A DNA stretch of 64,000 bases from IMG/VR virus record IMGVR_UViG_3300028394_000037; one strand, 5' to 3'. Of this stretch, positions 28,973 through 40,600 are shown one piece after another. The notes below the pieces were generated by a model that had not been told where the DNA came from, ran no database searches, and saw only the letters and a list, made by a program, of their open reading frames with translations. The position numbers were made by a program, and so were the translations under genes. The DNA comes from a virus. Each line of letters starts with the position of its first letter. The first letter of the stretch is position 1.

Positions 28973-30475
28973 TCAACACTTCCAACGTCTTCTTGCTGCC
29001 AATCCTCTTTCTCCATCCCAACTTCTACTACGAGAACAGAAGTTTTTACGACGTTGTGCTGCTTTACTTCCTGGTTTCACATCACCAGTTACAGGTGCTT
29101 GAAGATGTGAACCAGTAGCACGATTGTACTTATCCCTACCTTTTTTAGTAAGTCCACCACCTCTTTCCACTGAAAGTTTTTCACCTCTTCCAACTGATAA
29201 TACTGGACCTTCTTCTTCAATAGTCTCTTCACCAATTGTTTTATTATTCATTAAATAATTTTTTGACTTTTTATTGTCAACATAAATGAGTGGTTGTCCT
29301 GGAACAAATTCTGTAACCTTGTAAGATAATATTCTAGAATCAGGATAAACTTTTTGAATTTCATATTCAACATCCATTCTAGATGGAATACTTAATTGTG
29401 GGAAAAACATCTTTGTAATATAGGTTTTTCCTCTCCAATTTAATATTACAGAAATAATATTGCCAGTTGTTGCAGGAAGACGAGTTGCTTCACTTACTTG
29501 TTGCTTAAATCCTTTGATTAGTTCTGGTTTGATTATATCAACAACTTCTGCAAATGTATTACCATTTGCATCTTCAATTGTTACATCTTCTTTCTTATAT
29601 CCCTTTGCTTTTGGTACTCCTTTGGAAGGAACACAGTTTGGAACTTTTTTTCCATCTTTATCTTTCATTCCAACTTGAGTATATCCTTTCCAACAAGGAT
29701 CTTCTTCTTGAAGTTCTGCAAGAATTTTAGCAACTAGTTTTTCTTCTTTTTTAATTGTTGGAAGTGTAGTAGTTTTTCCTAACTTTCTTTTTGCTACGTC
29801 TGCTTCGTTTGGATTTGGTGATGTGGTTAATGCCTCAATCTTTCTTCTTTTTGCTGCAACTTTATGTGCTTCAGGATTTATTGTAAATGATTCTTCCATT
29901 TCTCCACTTGCAATATAATCTGCTGCGGTATCAATATAATCTGCTGCCTTAGTGATTTTTGATTGTACCCACGCTTCCAAATTACCTTCACCTTTACTCA
30001 TTTTTTTCTGAAGTCTCTTTATAGCATCCGCCATTGTAGAAAGTTCCGACCTTGCCATAGAATATTCGTGATCTTTTACTGAAAACTTATCCCAAGCCTT
30101 TTCTCCATAAGAACATTCTGATCTAGATTCTCTTTTGTCACAAAGAGAACAATATCTTTGCTCATCCATTTCTTCCTTTACATCCTTAAAATTTTTATGT
30201 TCTTTTTTTGCTGTTGTTTCCATTTTTTTAAGTCTGGTATAGTAATCGGGAATTTCATCTAAATGTTGCAAAGCAATATTTCTTGCTAAGTTATTATCTC
30301 CAGTATGTTCGTGCTCAATAGGAATTCCCATCTTGAGTTGATTTTCTATAAACGAAACTTCTAGACGATGTTTTTTTGCAATCTCATTCACAGTTTTTGA
30401 TGATTTTACTGAAGGACATTTTTTCTTTCCGTGTATTGAACAAACAGATCCTTTATCAGTATGATTGCAATTCAT
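28973..30475 (-). CDS. Mosaic late protein of short modules, possible internal head polyprotein
   Basis: 500-aa ORF between gp16 and gp17 with ATAAATA box upstream; short modules separated by hydrophobic-X-E(E) linkers. Confidence 0.7.
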   Translation of the reverse strand: MNCNHTDKGSVCSIHGKKKCPSVKSSKTVNEIAKKHRLEVSFIENQLKMGIPIEHEHTGDNNLARNIALQHLDEIPDYYTRLKKMETTAKKEHKNFKDVKEEMDEQRYCSLCDKRESRSECSYGEKAWDKFSVKDHEYSMARSELSTMADAIKRLQKKMSKGEGNLEAWVQSKITKAADYIDTAADYIASGEMEESFTINPEAHKVAAKRRKIEALTTSPNPNEADVAKRKLGKTTTLPTIKKEEKLVAKILAELQEEDPCWKGYTQVGMKDKDGKKVPNCVPSKGVPKAKGYKKEDVTIEDANGNTFAEVVDIIKPELIKGFKQQVSEATRLPATTGNIISVILNWRGKTYITKMFFPQLSIPSRMDVEYEIQKVYPDSRILSYKVTEFVPGQPLIYVDNKKSKNYLMNNKTIGEETIEEEGPVLSVGRGEKLSVERGGGLTKKGRDKYNRATGSHLQAPVTGDVKPGSKAAQRRKNFCSRSRSWDGERGLAARRRWKC

Positions 30476-30504
30476 TTTTATCTAGTATCCTTATATATTT
30501 ATTT

Positions 30505-30936
30505 TTAAGAATTTTTGTCTTCAATTAATTTTGATTTTAATAATTTTGATAATTCTGCAGTAGATCCAACAAATAGTGCATTTGTGACATTTGTGGGTCC
30601 TCTTACTTGTTTAATTTCATCAATATCTTTTAATTTTTTCTGTAGTTCCATTAATTTGTCAGTAGCATCCGCTACATTTTTAATTAATTGACCTGCAACT
30701 TCATATGCTCTTGGCATTTCACTTTCTTGTGCAAGTTCAAGAATGCCATTGATTGCTTCTTGACCCTTTTCAATTAAAGAATACAAATTTCCTCTTGTAT
30801 ATTCATAATCCTTTTTTATATCATCAACAGATGATGATATTTTTTCTATTTTTTCTTCATTAGTTTCAATTTCTTTGGATACTATTTCCCCAGAAATATC
30901 AAATGCATCATTTAATTTGTCAAATTTTTTTGCCAT
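30505..30936 (-). CDS. gp16: Terminase small subunit gp16
   Basis: DYEYTRGNLY, PRAYEVAGQLIK, NALFVGSTAEL. Confidence 0.93.
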   Translation of the reverse strand: MAKKFDKLNDAFDISGEIVSKEIETNEEKIEKISSSVDDIKKDYEYTRGNLYSLIEKGQEAINGILELAQESEMPRAYEVAGQLIKNVADATDKLMELQKKLKDIDEIKQVRGPTNVTNALFVGSTAELSKLLKSKLIEDKNS

Positions 30937-30939
30937 TTT

Positions 30940-31932
30940 TTATATAGTATTCCCAGAAAATCCAAAATTATCACCATCTTGAATCAATAAATTGTCTGCA
31001 GAAGTGATGGATTTAATTTCTGCTCCAGATACGTGAGAAATTGCTTTTGTAGAATCTCTTCCTCTCTCAACTGTAAGAGTGCTGTCATCTTTTGATTTTA
31101 CATAAATTTCTTCACCTTCAATATCAATATAAGTATTTTGTAAAATTGAAGATGCATTATTGACAGTTATTAATGTATCTGTGGGAGTAATATCATATGT
31201 AAGATTTGTAACAACAATTCCAGTATAATTTTTAAGTGCTCTTGGTTCTACAGAATAACTAAGTTCTCTAGTTGCAGAGGAACCTGCATCACTAGCAACA
31301 AATCCAACAGATATTTTTTTGACAACATCTTTGGTGACTGATGAAGTTGGTCCAAACAAATATGTTTTAGCTAAAAATTTTAAACTATAAAGTAATACTC
31401 TTCTTTTATCAAAATCTCCTTCATACTCATCTTGCATACTAATTCCTTCAAATATGATAGGAATATCCTTTTTCTCTTTTATTTCTTTAACTAATTCAAT
31501 AGTTAAATTGTATGATGGTTGAAAATATGGTAAAATCTGCTCTACAATTTGAAGCATATCATCATTCAATTTTGTCATAATATTCAATTCAAAAGTCATA
31601 TTATATGGAACTGGCATATATGTTTTTTGAATATTATCACCATCTGGTGATGTAAAAGTTTGAGTTGATGTAACTTTTCGTGACCCATCATATGACAAAC
31701 CGGTAAATTCAAATGACATTCTTGGTAATGTCATTTGAATGGGTTTATTTAAATCTGGAGACTGTTCTAATCTTGCTAAAAACTTTTGTGTTGGTCCATA
31801 AGCAAGAGGAACTTTTATGACGCTAACGACATTATTATTATCATCAAAATGTTTAATATTAATATTATTAAATAATGTTCCAAATCCTATAATAGTTTTT
31901 CGTAGAATCTCGTGATAAAAATATCCAAACAT
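30940..31932 (-). CDS. gp15: Tail sheath stabiliser / terminator gp15 with extra C-terminal domain
   Basis: YFYHEILRK, KVPLAYGP.QKFL, LPRMSFE, QIVEQILPYFQP. Confidence 0.93.
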   Translation of the reverse strand: MFGYFYHEILRKTIIGFGTLFNNINIKHFDDNNNVVSVIKVPLAYGPTQKFLARLEQSPDLNKPIQMTLPRMSFEFTGLSYDGSRKVTSTQTFTSPDGDNIQKTYMPVPYNMTFELNIMTKLNDDMLQIVEQILPYFQPSYNLTIELVKEIKEKKDIPIIFEGISMQDEYEGDFDKRRVLLYSLKFLAKTYLFGPTSSVTKDVVKKISVGFVASDAGSSATRELSYSVEPRALKNYTGIVVTNLTYDITPTDTLITVNNASSILQNTYIDIEGEEIYVKSKDDSTLTVERGRDSTKAISHVSGAEIKSITSADNLLIQDGDNFGFSGNTI

Positions 31933-31980
31933 ATCTATTAAGAAGTGTACTTATATTAACTATTTAACATTTTTTTATAA

Positions 31981-33381
31981 TTAGATTAAACCAAAAGGAT
32001 TGCGCTCACTAAAATCTAGTATATCATTTGCTTCACTTTGAATATCTATATTATCAGAATATCCAGTATCAGATCCATTTGTATCAATTATTCTTATTTT
32101 GAATGATGCAGAAGAAGAAGATCCAACCACAGTTTCTCCAAGAGAAAATTCACCAGAAACATTTGATACATCTAGTTTATTTGTAGTATAATTCCAATTT
32201 CTTACTCTTGCCGTTGTTCCACTATAGGATCCTGTTATAACTTCATTGAACAAGAAAGTTCCAATACCACCAACAGGGGGTGGTGATATACTTATTGTAG
32301 TTCCAGTATATCCAAAACCACCATCTTTGATACGAATAGATGTAATAGTACCAGAAGAGCTAACAATTGCCTCTGCAGATGCTGCGGATAAATTAAATCC
32401 ACTAAATGAAACTGTTGGTGGATTTACATATCCTGATCCTCCATTAGTAACAGTAATTATTCCAATTACTCCATTGTTTATTATAGCAGTAGCATATGCT
32501 CCAGAACCTCCTCCACCAATAAATGCAACTTTTGGAGCAACTGTATATCCATATCCAGAATTTATTATTTCTACGCTTTGTACTGATTTTGATACCGAAT
32601 TCACATTTTGATTACATACAACAATACCATCAATCATTATTGCTGTAGCAATTCCAGTTTTACCTCCTGATGGTGCAGAAGAAATTGCTACTCTTGGAAT
32701 ACTGGTGTATCCACCTCCTCTATTTGAAACAATGATTGAACGTATTCCGCCATTTACAATATTACCTATTGCATAAGCAGTTGATGATGATCCTACTAAA
32801 GTTAAAGTTTGTGTTGGTCCAAATTGTTCTGGAATACTTCTTGGATCTTTTAAATTCTGATCAATCTCATCAATATTTGTATCAATAATCTCATCTTCAT
32901 ATCTAAATAACTCACATTTTAGTGTATAAACGTAAGTTTTTTTTAGTTGATAAAATGGTTGTTCGTGCTCTACAAATTTAATCTCAAATAAACGATTTCC
33001 TAGTGGAAAGAATATTAAATCACCTTCTTTTGGTCTGGTTGATAATTTAGTATCCGCTTCATCTCTTATTAATGGTGTAATATAATTTTCAAAACGTTCT
33101 TTTGAAATTGTAATTCTTAATTCGTTTAGTGCCTGTATGCCAAATTTTGAAAGTATGGTTGTATTATCACCATATCCCTCATAATTTTCAATATAAGCTT
33201 CAATTGGAAAATTAATATCAAATGTTGATTGAATAACTTCTTTTATAATTGTTTTTTCAGTTATATATTTTCTAGGCAAATAATATACATCAACACCATA
33301 CATTCTTAATTGTTCATTGATTAAATCTTGAACGAGACCTTGCTCTGTTTCGGACCCTTGAAGAAAAAATGGATTTAACAT
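31981..33381 (-). CDS. gp14: Neck protein gp14 with inserted Gly-rich repeat domain
   Basis: EQLRMYG.DVYYLPR, RPKEGDLIFFP, FYQL, DFSERNPFG. Confidence 0.92.
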   Translation of the reverse strand: MLNPFFLQGSETEQGLVQDLINEQLRMYGVDVYYLPRKYITEKTIIKEVIQSTFDINFPIEAYIENYEGYGDNTTILSKFGIQALNELRITISKERFENYITPLIRDEADTKLSTRPKEGDLIFFPLGNRLFEIKFVEHEQPFYQLKKTYVYTLKCELFRYEDEIIDTNIDEIDQNLKDPRSIPEQFGPTQTLTLVGSSSTAYAIGNIVNGGIRSIIVSNRGGGYTSIPRVAISSAPSGGKTGIATAIMIDGIVVCNQNVNSVSKSVQSVEIINSGYGYTVAPKVAFIGGGGSGAYATAIINNGVIGIITVTNGGSGYVNPPTVSFSGFNLSAASAEAIVSSSGTITSIRIKDGGFGYTGTTISISPPPVGGIGTFLFNEVITGSYSGTTARVRNWNYTTNKLDVSNVSGEFSLGETVVGSSSSASFKIRIIDTNGSDTGYSDNIDIQSEANDILDFSERNPFGLI

Positions 33382-34226
33382 TATCCTATCATATCAAAGG
33401 GTGGAAGTTCATATGTGCTTGACATTTTTTCCATTATAATATCAATTTCTCTTTGTGCATCATCGTACATTTGTCTTCCATTAAGTTCTACCCCTCCAGG
33501 AAGTTTTACTCCTTGGAATTTAATTAAGTTTTGTCCCCACTGTTTTTTAATTAATGAAGTTAAATATGGTTTTAAAAATGAATCATTCCATACTCTACTA
33601 TAATCATTTGGATTTAATGTACTGTAACAATCTATAATTAAATAATTTCCAACAGAAACAGCTCCCCAATCAATATCCAAATACAATCTATCTTGTCTTT
33701 TATTGAACCTAATTTGTTTCTGGGTTGTCAATAACCAATCAAGATCCTCAAGATATGTTTTGACCATTGCATAACTCAAAAGTTCTGTAGTTCCCCAGTA
33801 GTAAATATCATTTAAAAATAATTGATATTTGACACTGAACATATTGTGAGTAATTGTATTTGTCCCATCATAATGAAAAATTTTAGTTACACCGATAACT
33901 GATGGTGGGATTTCCAAATAATTACTATTTTCAGTGTAATTGAATGTATTTGCTACTCCAACAATATTTGCTGTAACTGAAGTTGATGCTAAACCAACGA
34001 CAGAATTATTTCCTGGGGCTCTTCCTCTATCAATATCCTTTTGAGTTATCTTATATTTAAAATATGTTTGATAAACTCCATCAAAATGACGTTCTTGGAA
34101 TAATTGGATTGCATCATCTACAAGATCATCAATCTGTTCATCTGCAACATTAATCTCAAGTACTGGAGCACCCAATTTTCTTTTACAATAATCTATCAAT
34201 TCTTGTCTAGTAGTTGGTTGCGCCAT
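33381..34226 (-). CDS. gp13: Neck protein gp13
   Basis: LGAPVLEINV, KKQWGQNLIKF.GVKLPGGVELNG. Confidence 0.94.
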   Translation of the reverse strand: MAQPTTRQELIDYCKRKLGAPVLEINVADEQIDDLVDDAIQLFQERHFDGVYQTYFKYKITQKDIDRGRAPGNNSVVGLASTSVTANIVGVANTFNYTENSNYLEIPPSVIGVTKIFHYDGTNTITHNMFSVKYQLFLNDIYYWGTTELLSYAMVKTYLEDLDWLLTTQKQIRFNKRQDRLYLDIDWGAVSVGNYLIIDCYSTLNPNDYSRVWNDSFLKPYLTSLIKKQWGQNLIKFQGVKLPGGVELNGRQMYDDAQREIDIIMEKMSSTYELPPFDMIG

Positions 34227-34255
34227 TTATTTTTATCCGTTAAAAATATTTATGA

Positions 34256-34429
34256 TTATAAACTTGCTAATTTTGAAACTACCTCTTGTTGCTTTAAATA
34301 AAGTTTATAATAACATTTTGCGATGTTTTTAATATTTTCAATGTCATATATGTTATCTATTTCAGAACAAACTTTAAAGTATTCAAAACTTTTTGTTAAA
34401 TTTTCAAGCTGAATTTCATCAGGATTCAT
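34256..34429 (-). CDS. 57-aa NblA-like helical-hairpin protein (MNPDEIQLENLTKSFEYFKVCSEIDNIYDIENIKNIAKCYYKLYLKQQEVVSKLASL)
   Basis: Hand-translated, overlaps upstream stop and fills the gap before gp13; length and hydrophobic spacing resemble NblA. Confidence 0.55.
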   Translation of the reverse strand: MNPDEIQLENLTKSFEYFKVCSEIDNIYDIENIKNIAKCYYKLYLKQQEVVSKLASL

Positions 34430-34643
34430 TGACTAAACTCCTAAGTAAAGATTTTATTTCATCAAGATCATTTTTTATACTAGCAACATCAGACTCAAGA
34501 TTCTGTATTTTTTGATTCTTTTCACTTTTTGAATCTCTTCTTGTAATGTATTCTTGATATTCTGACATATTAATATTTACAATAGAATTTGTATTTGGAT
34601 CTCTCATTAAATCTGAATGTCCCTCTACTTTCAAATAATTCAT
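34419..34643 (-). CDS. Small coiled-coil hypothetical protein
   Basis: YLKVEGHSDLMRDPNTNSIVN then heptad LESDVASIKNDLDEIKSLL. Confidence 0.75.
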   Translation of the reverse strand: MNYLKVEGHSDLMRDPNTNSIVNINMSEYQEYITRRDSKSEKNQKIQNLESDVASIKNDLDEIKSLLRSLVNES

Positions 34644-34644
34644 A

Positions 34645-37600
34645 TTATGCAAGTGCAATTACTTTCAAGTCCTTCATTCTAGGAACATACACTTGATTAG
34701 TTGATGTCATAATAATTTTAATTCTGTATGATCTAAATGATTGTAAATTGCCTGATGTAAATACATATTCTTTATATTCAATATCTGAAGGAGAAAATCC
34801 CATAGAAGTTGTTTGAGAAATAAAGTTATCAGAACTACCATCACTATTCTCAAAATTTATAATTTGTTTTTGTGTATTTAAATTATTATATCCAGGAAAA
34901 GGTATAAATATTGGATTGAAGTTTTGTGAAGAACTTACTGCATAAAATGCACGAATATCACAATATGGATTTACGTGTGCATTTAATATTATTTTTATAG
35001 CGGAAGCTGAATTTTCTAAAATAATTTCTTTAGAAATATATTGGAATGCAGTTGGATCATTATCTATAGTGTTTGATTTACTATCTGTAGCATAATTTGT
35101 AATTACACTATTAATTCTATTTGATGTTAAAATTGTACTGATTCTTTGTGTATCTACCATTGGACTCAATTTAGTATCAATTGTATTGAGTGATAGTCTC
35201 ATATTAAGTGATTTATTTCCAGGTAAAGTTGAAAGTTTATTACTTTCATTTACTTTGGATGCAATAATTCTGGGACTATTATAATAATTTGATTTATTTA
35301 ATGCAATTGATTCAAATCCATTATCAACGTAAGATAATTCATTTCCACTTATACTAGTTCCAGAAATTGATCTTAATTCAGCACTTAAAGAAGTTCCTTG
35401 AACTGTAAGATTGTGTACTACCGGAGTAATAATTTCATATGGTATATTCTGAGTTGCTCTGATATTAAACCCACCAGTAGATTTAGTTTGATTTAAAAAT
35501 AGTTTGGGATATCCATTATCAGTACTTCTATCAGTACCGTCCGTTGTCATATCAATCTTAATATTGTACGAATCTAATGTTATTGGATTGCTGATAGAAA
35601 CATCATTTAAATAATGAGTCTTATTAATTCTTCTTAAAGAAACTCCTCCCAATTCATACTTATAAACTGGAGTTCCTACTGGATAATTTTTGGGATTTGA
35701 TCCTCTAACTATAGTTCCATTAATCACTCCTGGAGAAGTTGATGTATATGAAATAATTTCATCACCAATTAAGATATATCCTTTATTGGTTGTTCCCACT
35801 CCAACATTTTCAAAAGTTGATAGATTTGATGTACTTTCTACAGAAATATTAGAACTGGAATTTGTATTATATGCAACAGACAGTTTTGTTGGTTTTACAT
35901 CAGATTCAACATTTGAAATTGTCACATAGTTATCTTTTGAATACATTCCATGATTTTTATGATCAACTAAAATATGAAGTCCATCACTAATTGCGTTGAT
36001 ATTTGATATTTGAACATCTCCACCATTGGAATAGTTTAATATTGTAGTTATACCAGAACTATTAATATATTGAAGTGTTTTTCCGGTTCCAACAACAACA
36101 AAATCACCCTGAACATTATTCAAAATTAATTGATTAGTACTTCCAATTGAAACAATAGAGAATTTTGCATCACCACCAGTGCCACTATTTCCAATTGTTG
36201 TTATACCCAAAACATCTCCAATTTGATATCCACTACCACCTGCTACAATTGTTGCTGCAATTGCAACACCTTGACTTATAGTAATATCTGCAGTTGCATT
36301 TGCGCCATAACCTGTAATACTAGTTAAATTTACGTTGTTGAAAGTATATGATCCTGATGATGGAGTGTAACCAATACCCGCATTGATAACATTTAACGAT
36401 GATGTTGCACTTCCTGCACTTCCAACATAATTTCCAGTAGCATTAGTTCCAAGTTGTAAAACTGTATTTCCAAATGCTAATCCAGAATCTGCAATGGTTG
36501 TACCCAAACCTACTCTAATATTTCTAGATGATAAATTAATTGAATTTGGCATCAATACTGGAATTTGATTATTTCCTTCAGATAATTCTGGATTATAAAA
36601 TTCAACTGTACCTGATTTTATGAAATCTGCACGATAAAGAACAAATTTCAAATCTTCCCATTGACTTGCTTCCCAAGTGGAAGTATTTTGTGATTTGAAT
36701 AAGTATCCAAGATATGGTTGATTAGATATGAATGATTGTGACAGTAGATCATTCTCACCAATTCTTGATACATAAATGCTATATTTTGTAGAATTTGATG
36801 ATACGCAAATTGCATATTCTTTACCACCTTCCAGATATACCGGAGATTTGAAAATAAATGAAGTTGCTACAGAAGAATTTGATGAAATACTAACCTCAGA
36901 TGAATCTAATGTAACTTCAGAAAATGGTAGTATCTTTTGAGTTGGAATTCCATTTTCAATTGTTCTGAGTTGTAGTGTAACTGGAATATCCATATCATCT
37001 TTTGATTTAAAGAAGATATCACATCTTGTCAAAAAGATTCCTGTTGAATCTTCAACCAAGAACGATTGTGCAATAGGATCATACCAACTAACAACAACAT
37101 CTTTATTTGATTTATTTGCTAATATTCCCGCTCCAGAAACAATTTGCGTTCCTGTTGTTTTTGATACTAATTTATTATTAAATTCTTTTTTATTTTGTAT
37201 TCTTGTATTTCTTATTGAAATTATATCATCTTGGACTGTTTCCAAAATACCTGTAGATGAAAATCCTTCTTCTGCAGTTGTATTTGCTAGATTTGAATCA
37301 TTTATATCATTATCAATAAAACTGAGTACTTTATTTCCAATTTCAAATCTTGGATTTTCAAGAACATTTGGATTTGGAATAAAGAAACATCCAGTTAAAG
37401 TTGATGATAAATCTGATATTAATCGTACATTTGTAATTGTTGCTTGAGCACCACTTCTTTGTCCAACTAAAATCATATTAGATTCTACCCATCCACTAAA
37501 CTCACCTTGAGTTTGATTTGCTAAAGAAAATGTGTCTACATTTAATATAGTTGAGGTTGATGAATAATTTCCTTGAAGTATTTGACTTGTGTATGGATTA

Positions 37601-40600
37601 AATGGATATGTTGAAGTTGCTGAATTATAAGGACCATCTTTATGATTTGATTGTGCAACTCTAAATGTTATACTTGGTGTTGTTTGTTCAATATTTGGTC
37701 CAAGTCCAGTATTTCTTACAGTTCCAACAACAGTTTCTCCAACAGAAAATACCCCAGAGATCATAGATATCTCTAATAGTTTTGGAGTACAATATTTGCT
37801 TACATTAACTCCATCAAAGAAAGCATAAAGTCTAGTTAATGGTTTTAATTTCTTAGCAACAAATTGAACATTTCTAGATCTCATATAAGAAATGAGATCT
37901 TTATTTACAACTTTATCACCAATAGATGACTTATCAAATTGATCAGAAACAATTGTTGTTCCTATTTTTTGAGGTACAACTTCTTTAACTTGATTTCTTA
38001 CTATAGTTGATACTTGCGTATCATATACAGATCTTCCCCACTCACTACCAGATATCATAGATGAATATTTTGGAGTTTCAATAATATCCTTACCAACCCA
38101 AATAGTTTCCCAAGAATCCCAAAGAACTGGAGCGAATCCAATTTGAGAATCCATATCTATGGTTCTTGATGCAAGAGATAATATCTCTGAGTAATTTCCT
38201 TCAGTGTTACTGCTTTTTGCATTTATTCTAACAGTATCCATCCAACTATCAGATGCTGGAGTAATCTCAATAGAACCTTGCCAGAAACTGATAATAAATG
38301 GAGTTACATTTTCTGATCTTGTAGCAAAAGATTGTTTCAACCATTCAATTTCAGCATAATCAAGAGTGATAATATCTCCAGTTTTTCTTGTATTGATTCC
38401 ATCTATAACTGAAAATTCCAAATCTTCTGATGGATCAACATTAGTAACTGGTCCAACAATCAAATCAACGGAATTTGTATAATGTTTTGGACGTAATTCT
38501 TTATTTGAAATATCTATACTATTTTTATACTCAACTCCATTTTCTTGTGGAAATAATGAACTAAAATTATCCACAAAGAAACCGGATTTAAATCTATTGA
38601 ATCCATTTTCATCAGAAACAAAAAGATTTGCAGTATTTGTTTCTAATAAAGATAGTGATGTATAATACTCCAGATTTTTTATTCTATTCTCAAGTTGTTT
38701 AATATCAACCATTCTATATTTTTTATGCTCCAAAAATCTTAAAGAACTTTGGGATACATTATACAAATATGGAGGTAACATTACTGATGATATCTCCATT
38801 GCATCATCTACAGATATGGGAAGATCAGGTTTTTCTGATGGTGTTCCATATTTTATTTGAAATTTTCCATCCTTTGTTAGGTATACTCTGTCAATTCTAC
38901 CAAGATAGAATGAAAAAGTTGTGACAATAGATTCATCTGATGCAAGAATGTTAGCAGCAGAATTTCCAGAAGAATTGAAGGTTCTTCCATAAAATTCTAA
39001 TGGAGATCTTGAACCTATAGAAACACTATAGTTAGAAACTCTTGGTCTAATATCAATTAAATCAGTATTTCTGATATTATCTACACTCTGTATTTCTTTA
39101 CCATAGTTAAATGTATCATATGACTGAACTGTAGTGACATCTCCAGAATCTGATGATTGATAATATCCATTGGAAAAGTATATCTTTAATTTTTTGGATG
39201 GCTCTAAAGCATTTGATTTTCTATTAATTGTTCCGTAATTATAAAATGATCCATTTTGTCCATTATCATAACTATAATTAAATGATACATCAAAACTTGT
39301 TGAAGTTAATGTAGTAATTGTTGCCCTAACTTTAGATTCTTCAAATATTACAGTTTCACCTTCCTTAAAATTGTATTGATTTTTTGAAACAAATGAAATC
39401 TGATAATCGGTTAGTTTTTCCGCGCAGATTGCAACAGCACCACTACTTTGTCCTGTAAATTTTTCTCCGATAATTAAATCGGATGTTTTTGATGACGGAC
39501 CATTTAATGATGATAAAACTACCTTTGGTGCAGATGCTGCAGTAATATCGGATGATTCATAAATTGAATGAATTTCAATTATATCTGGAACATTTAAAGA
39601 AATTATTTCATCTTGAATTCTTGTGCCATATGGATAATTTCCATAAATTAATCCATCATTCAATGTTCCAGATCCTGTTCCAGATGAACTATACTTTGAT
39701 TTGTCAATAATTAATGTATTTACTCTATTTTTTATTTTTAATTTTGATTTTATTTTAGACTTCTTAAGAGTAGTTATTAATGTTGCATTTGTATCATTTG
39801 ATCCAAGATTGTTAATTTGTAACTGTAATGAATCAGATGTAATATTGACATTATTTGACGTTAATATTTCTGTAGTACCATCAGATCTGATTAATGAGTA
39901 TCTCTCATCGGAAAATGGTAGAAATGTCTCATTTGTCCCAGCAGTAACTGCAGATGATAACTGATTTCCGGAAATATTAACATTTTGAATCTTTCTTATA
40001 GTTACATAAGAATCTGTTAAATCTATAGATTCTATATTATCTTTTGGTAATTTTGTATATAATGTGTTGTCACTTGAAGATGATAAAGATGATGTTATTA
40101 TTTTTAAGTCTGTTACATTTAATGTACTAGATGGCAATTTACCTTCAACTATACCAGTAATTGTAGTAACTCCAGATATTGTAATAGATGTTGATCCAAC
40201 GCTTACAACTTTAGCAAAAACTGGATCTGAAGATCCTCCACTATACTTTATAATATTTTTTGCTCTTATATTTTTTCCTGGAAATTGAGGATTTGAACTA
40301 TATACCGTACTTATGCCACCACTCAAAGCTGAAATTGTTGCTATTCCAATATTGAATGAATCTGACTGAATTACATCTGCAGTAAATGTTGAAGCAGAAC
40401 CAACAATACCATAAACAGATTTAATATCCGAGATTCCATATGAAGTAACTGCTATTGCTACTCTATTATTTTCTATACCGTTAAATATAAATGATTCATT
40501 TGCAATAAATTCTCCAGACTTTTCATATACAGTTACTGCAGTCCCGGCTGAAACAGCATATCGTAGAAATGCTGTTGCACCACTAGATTTGCCCTTAATA

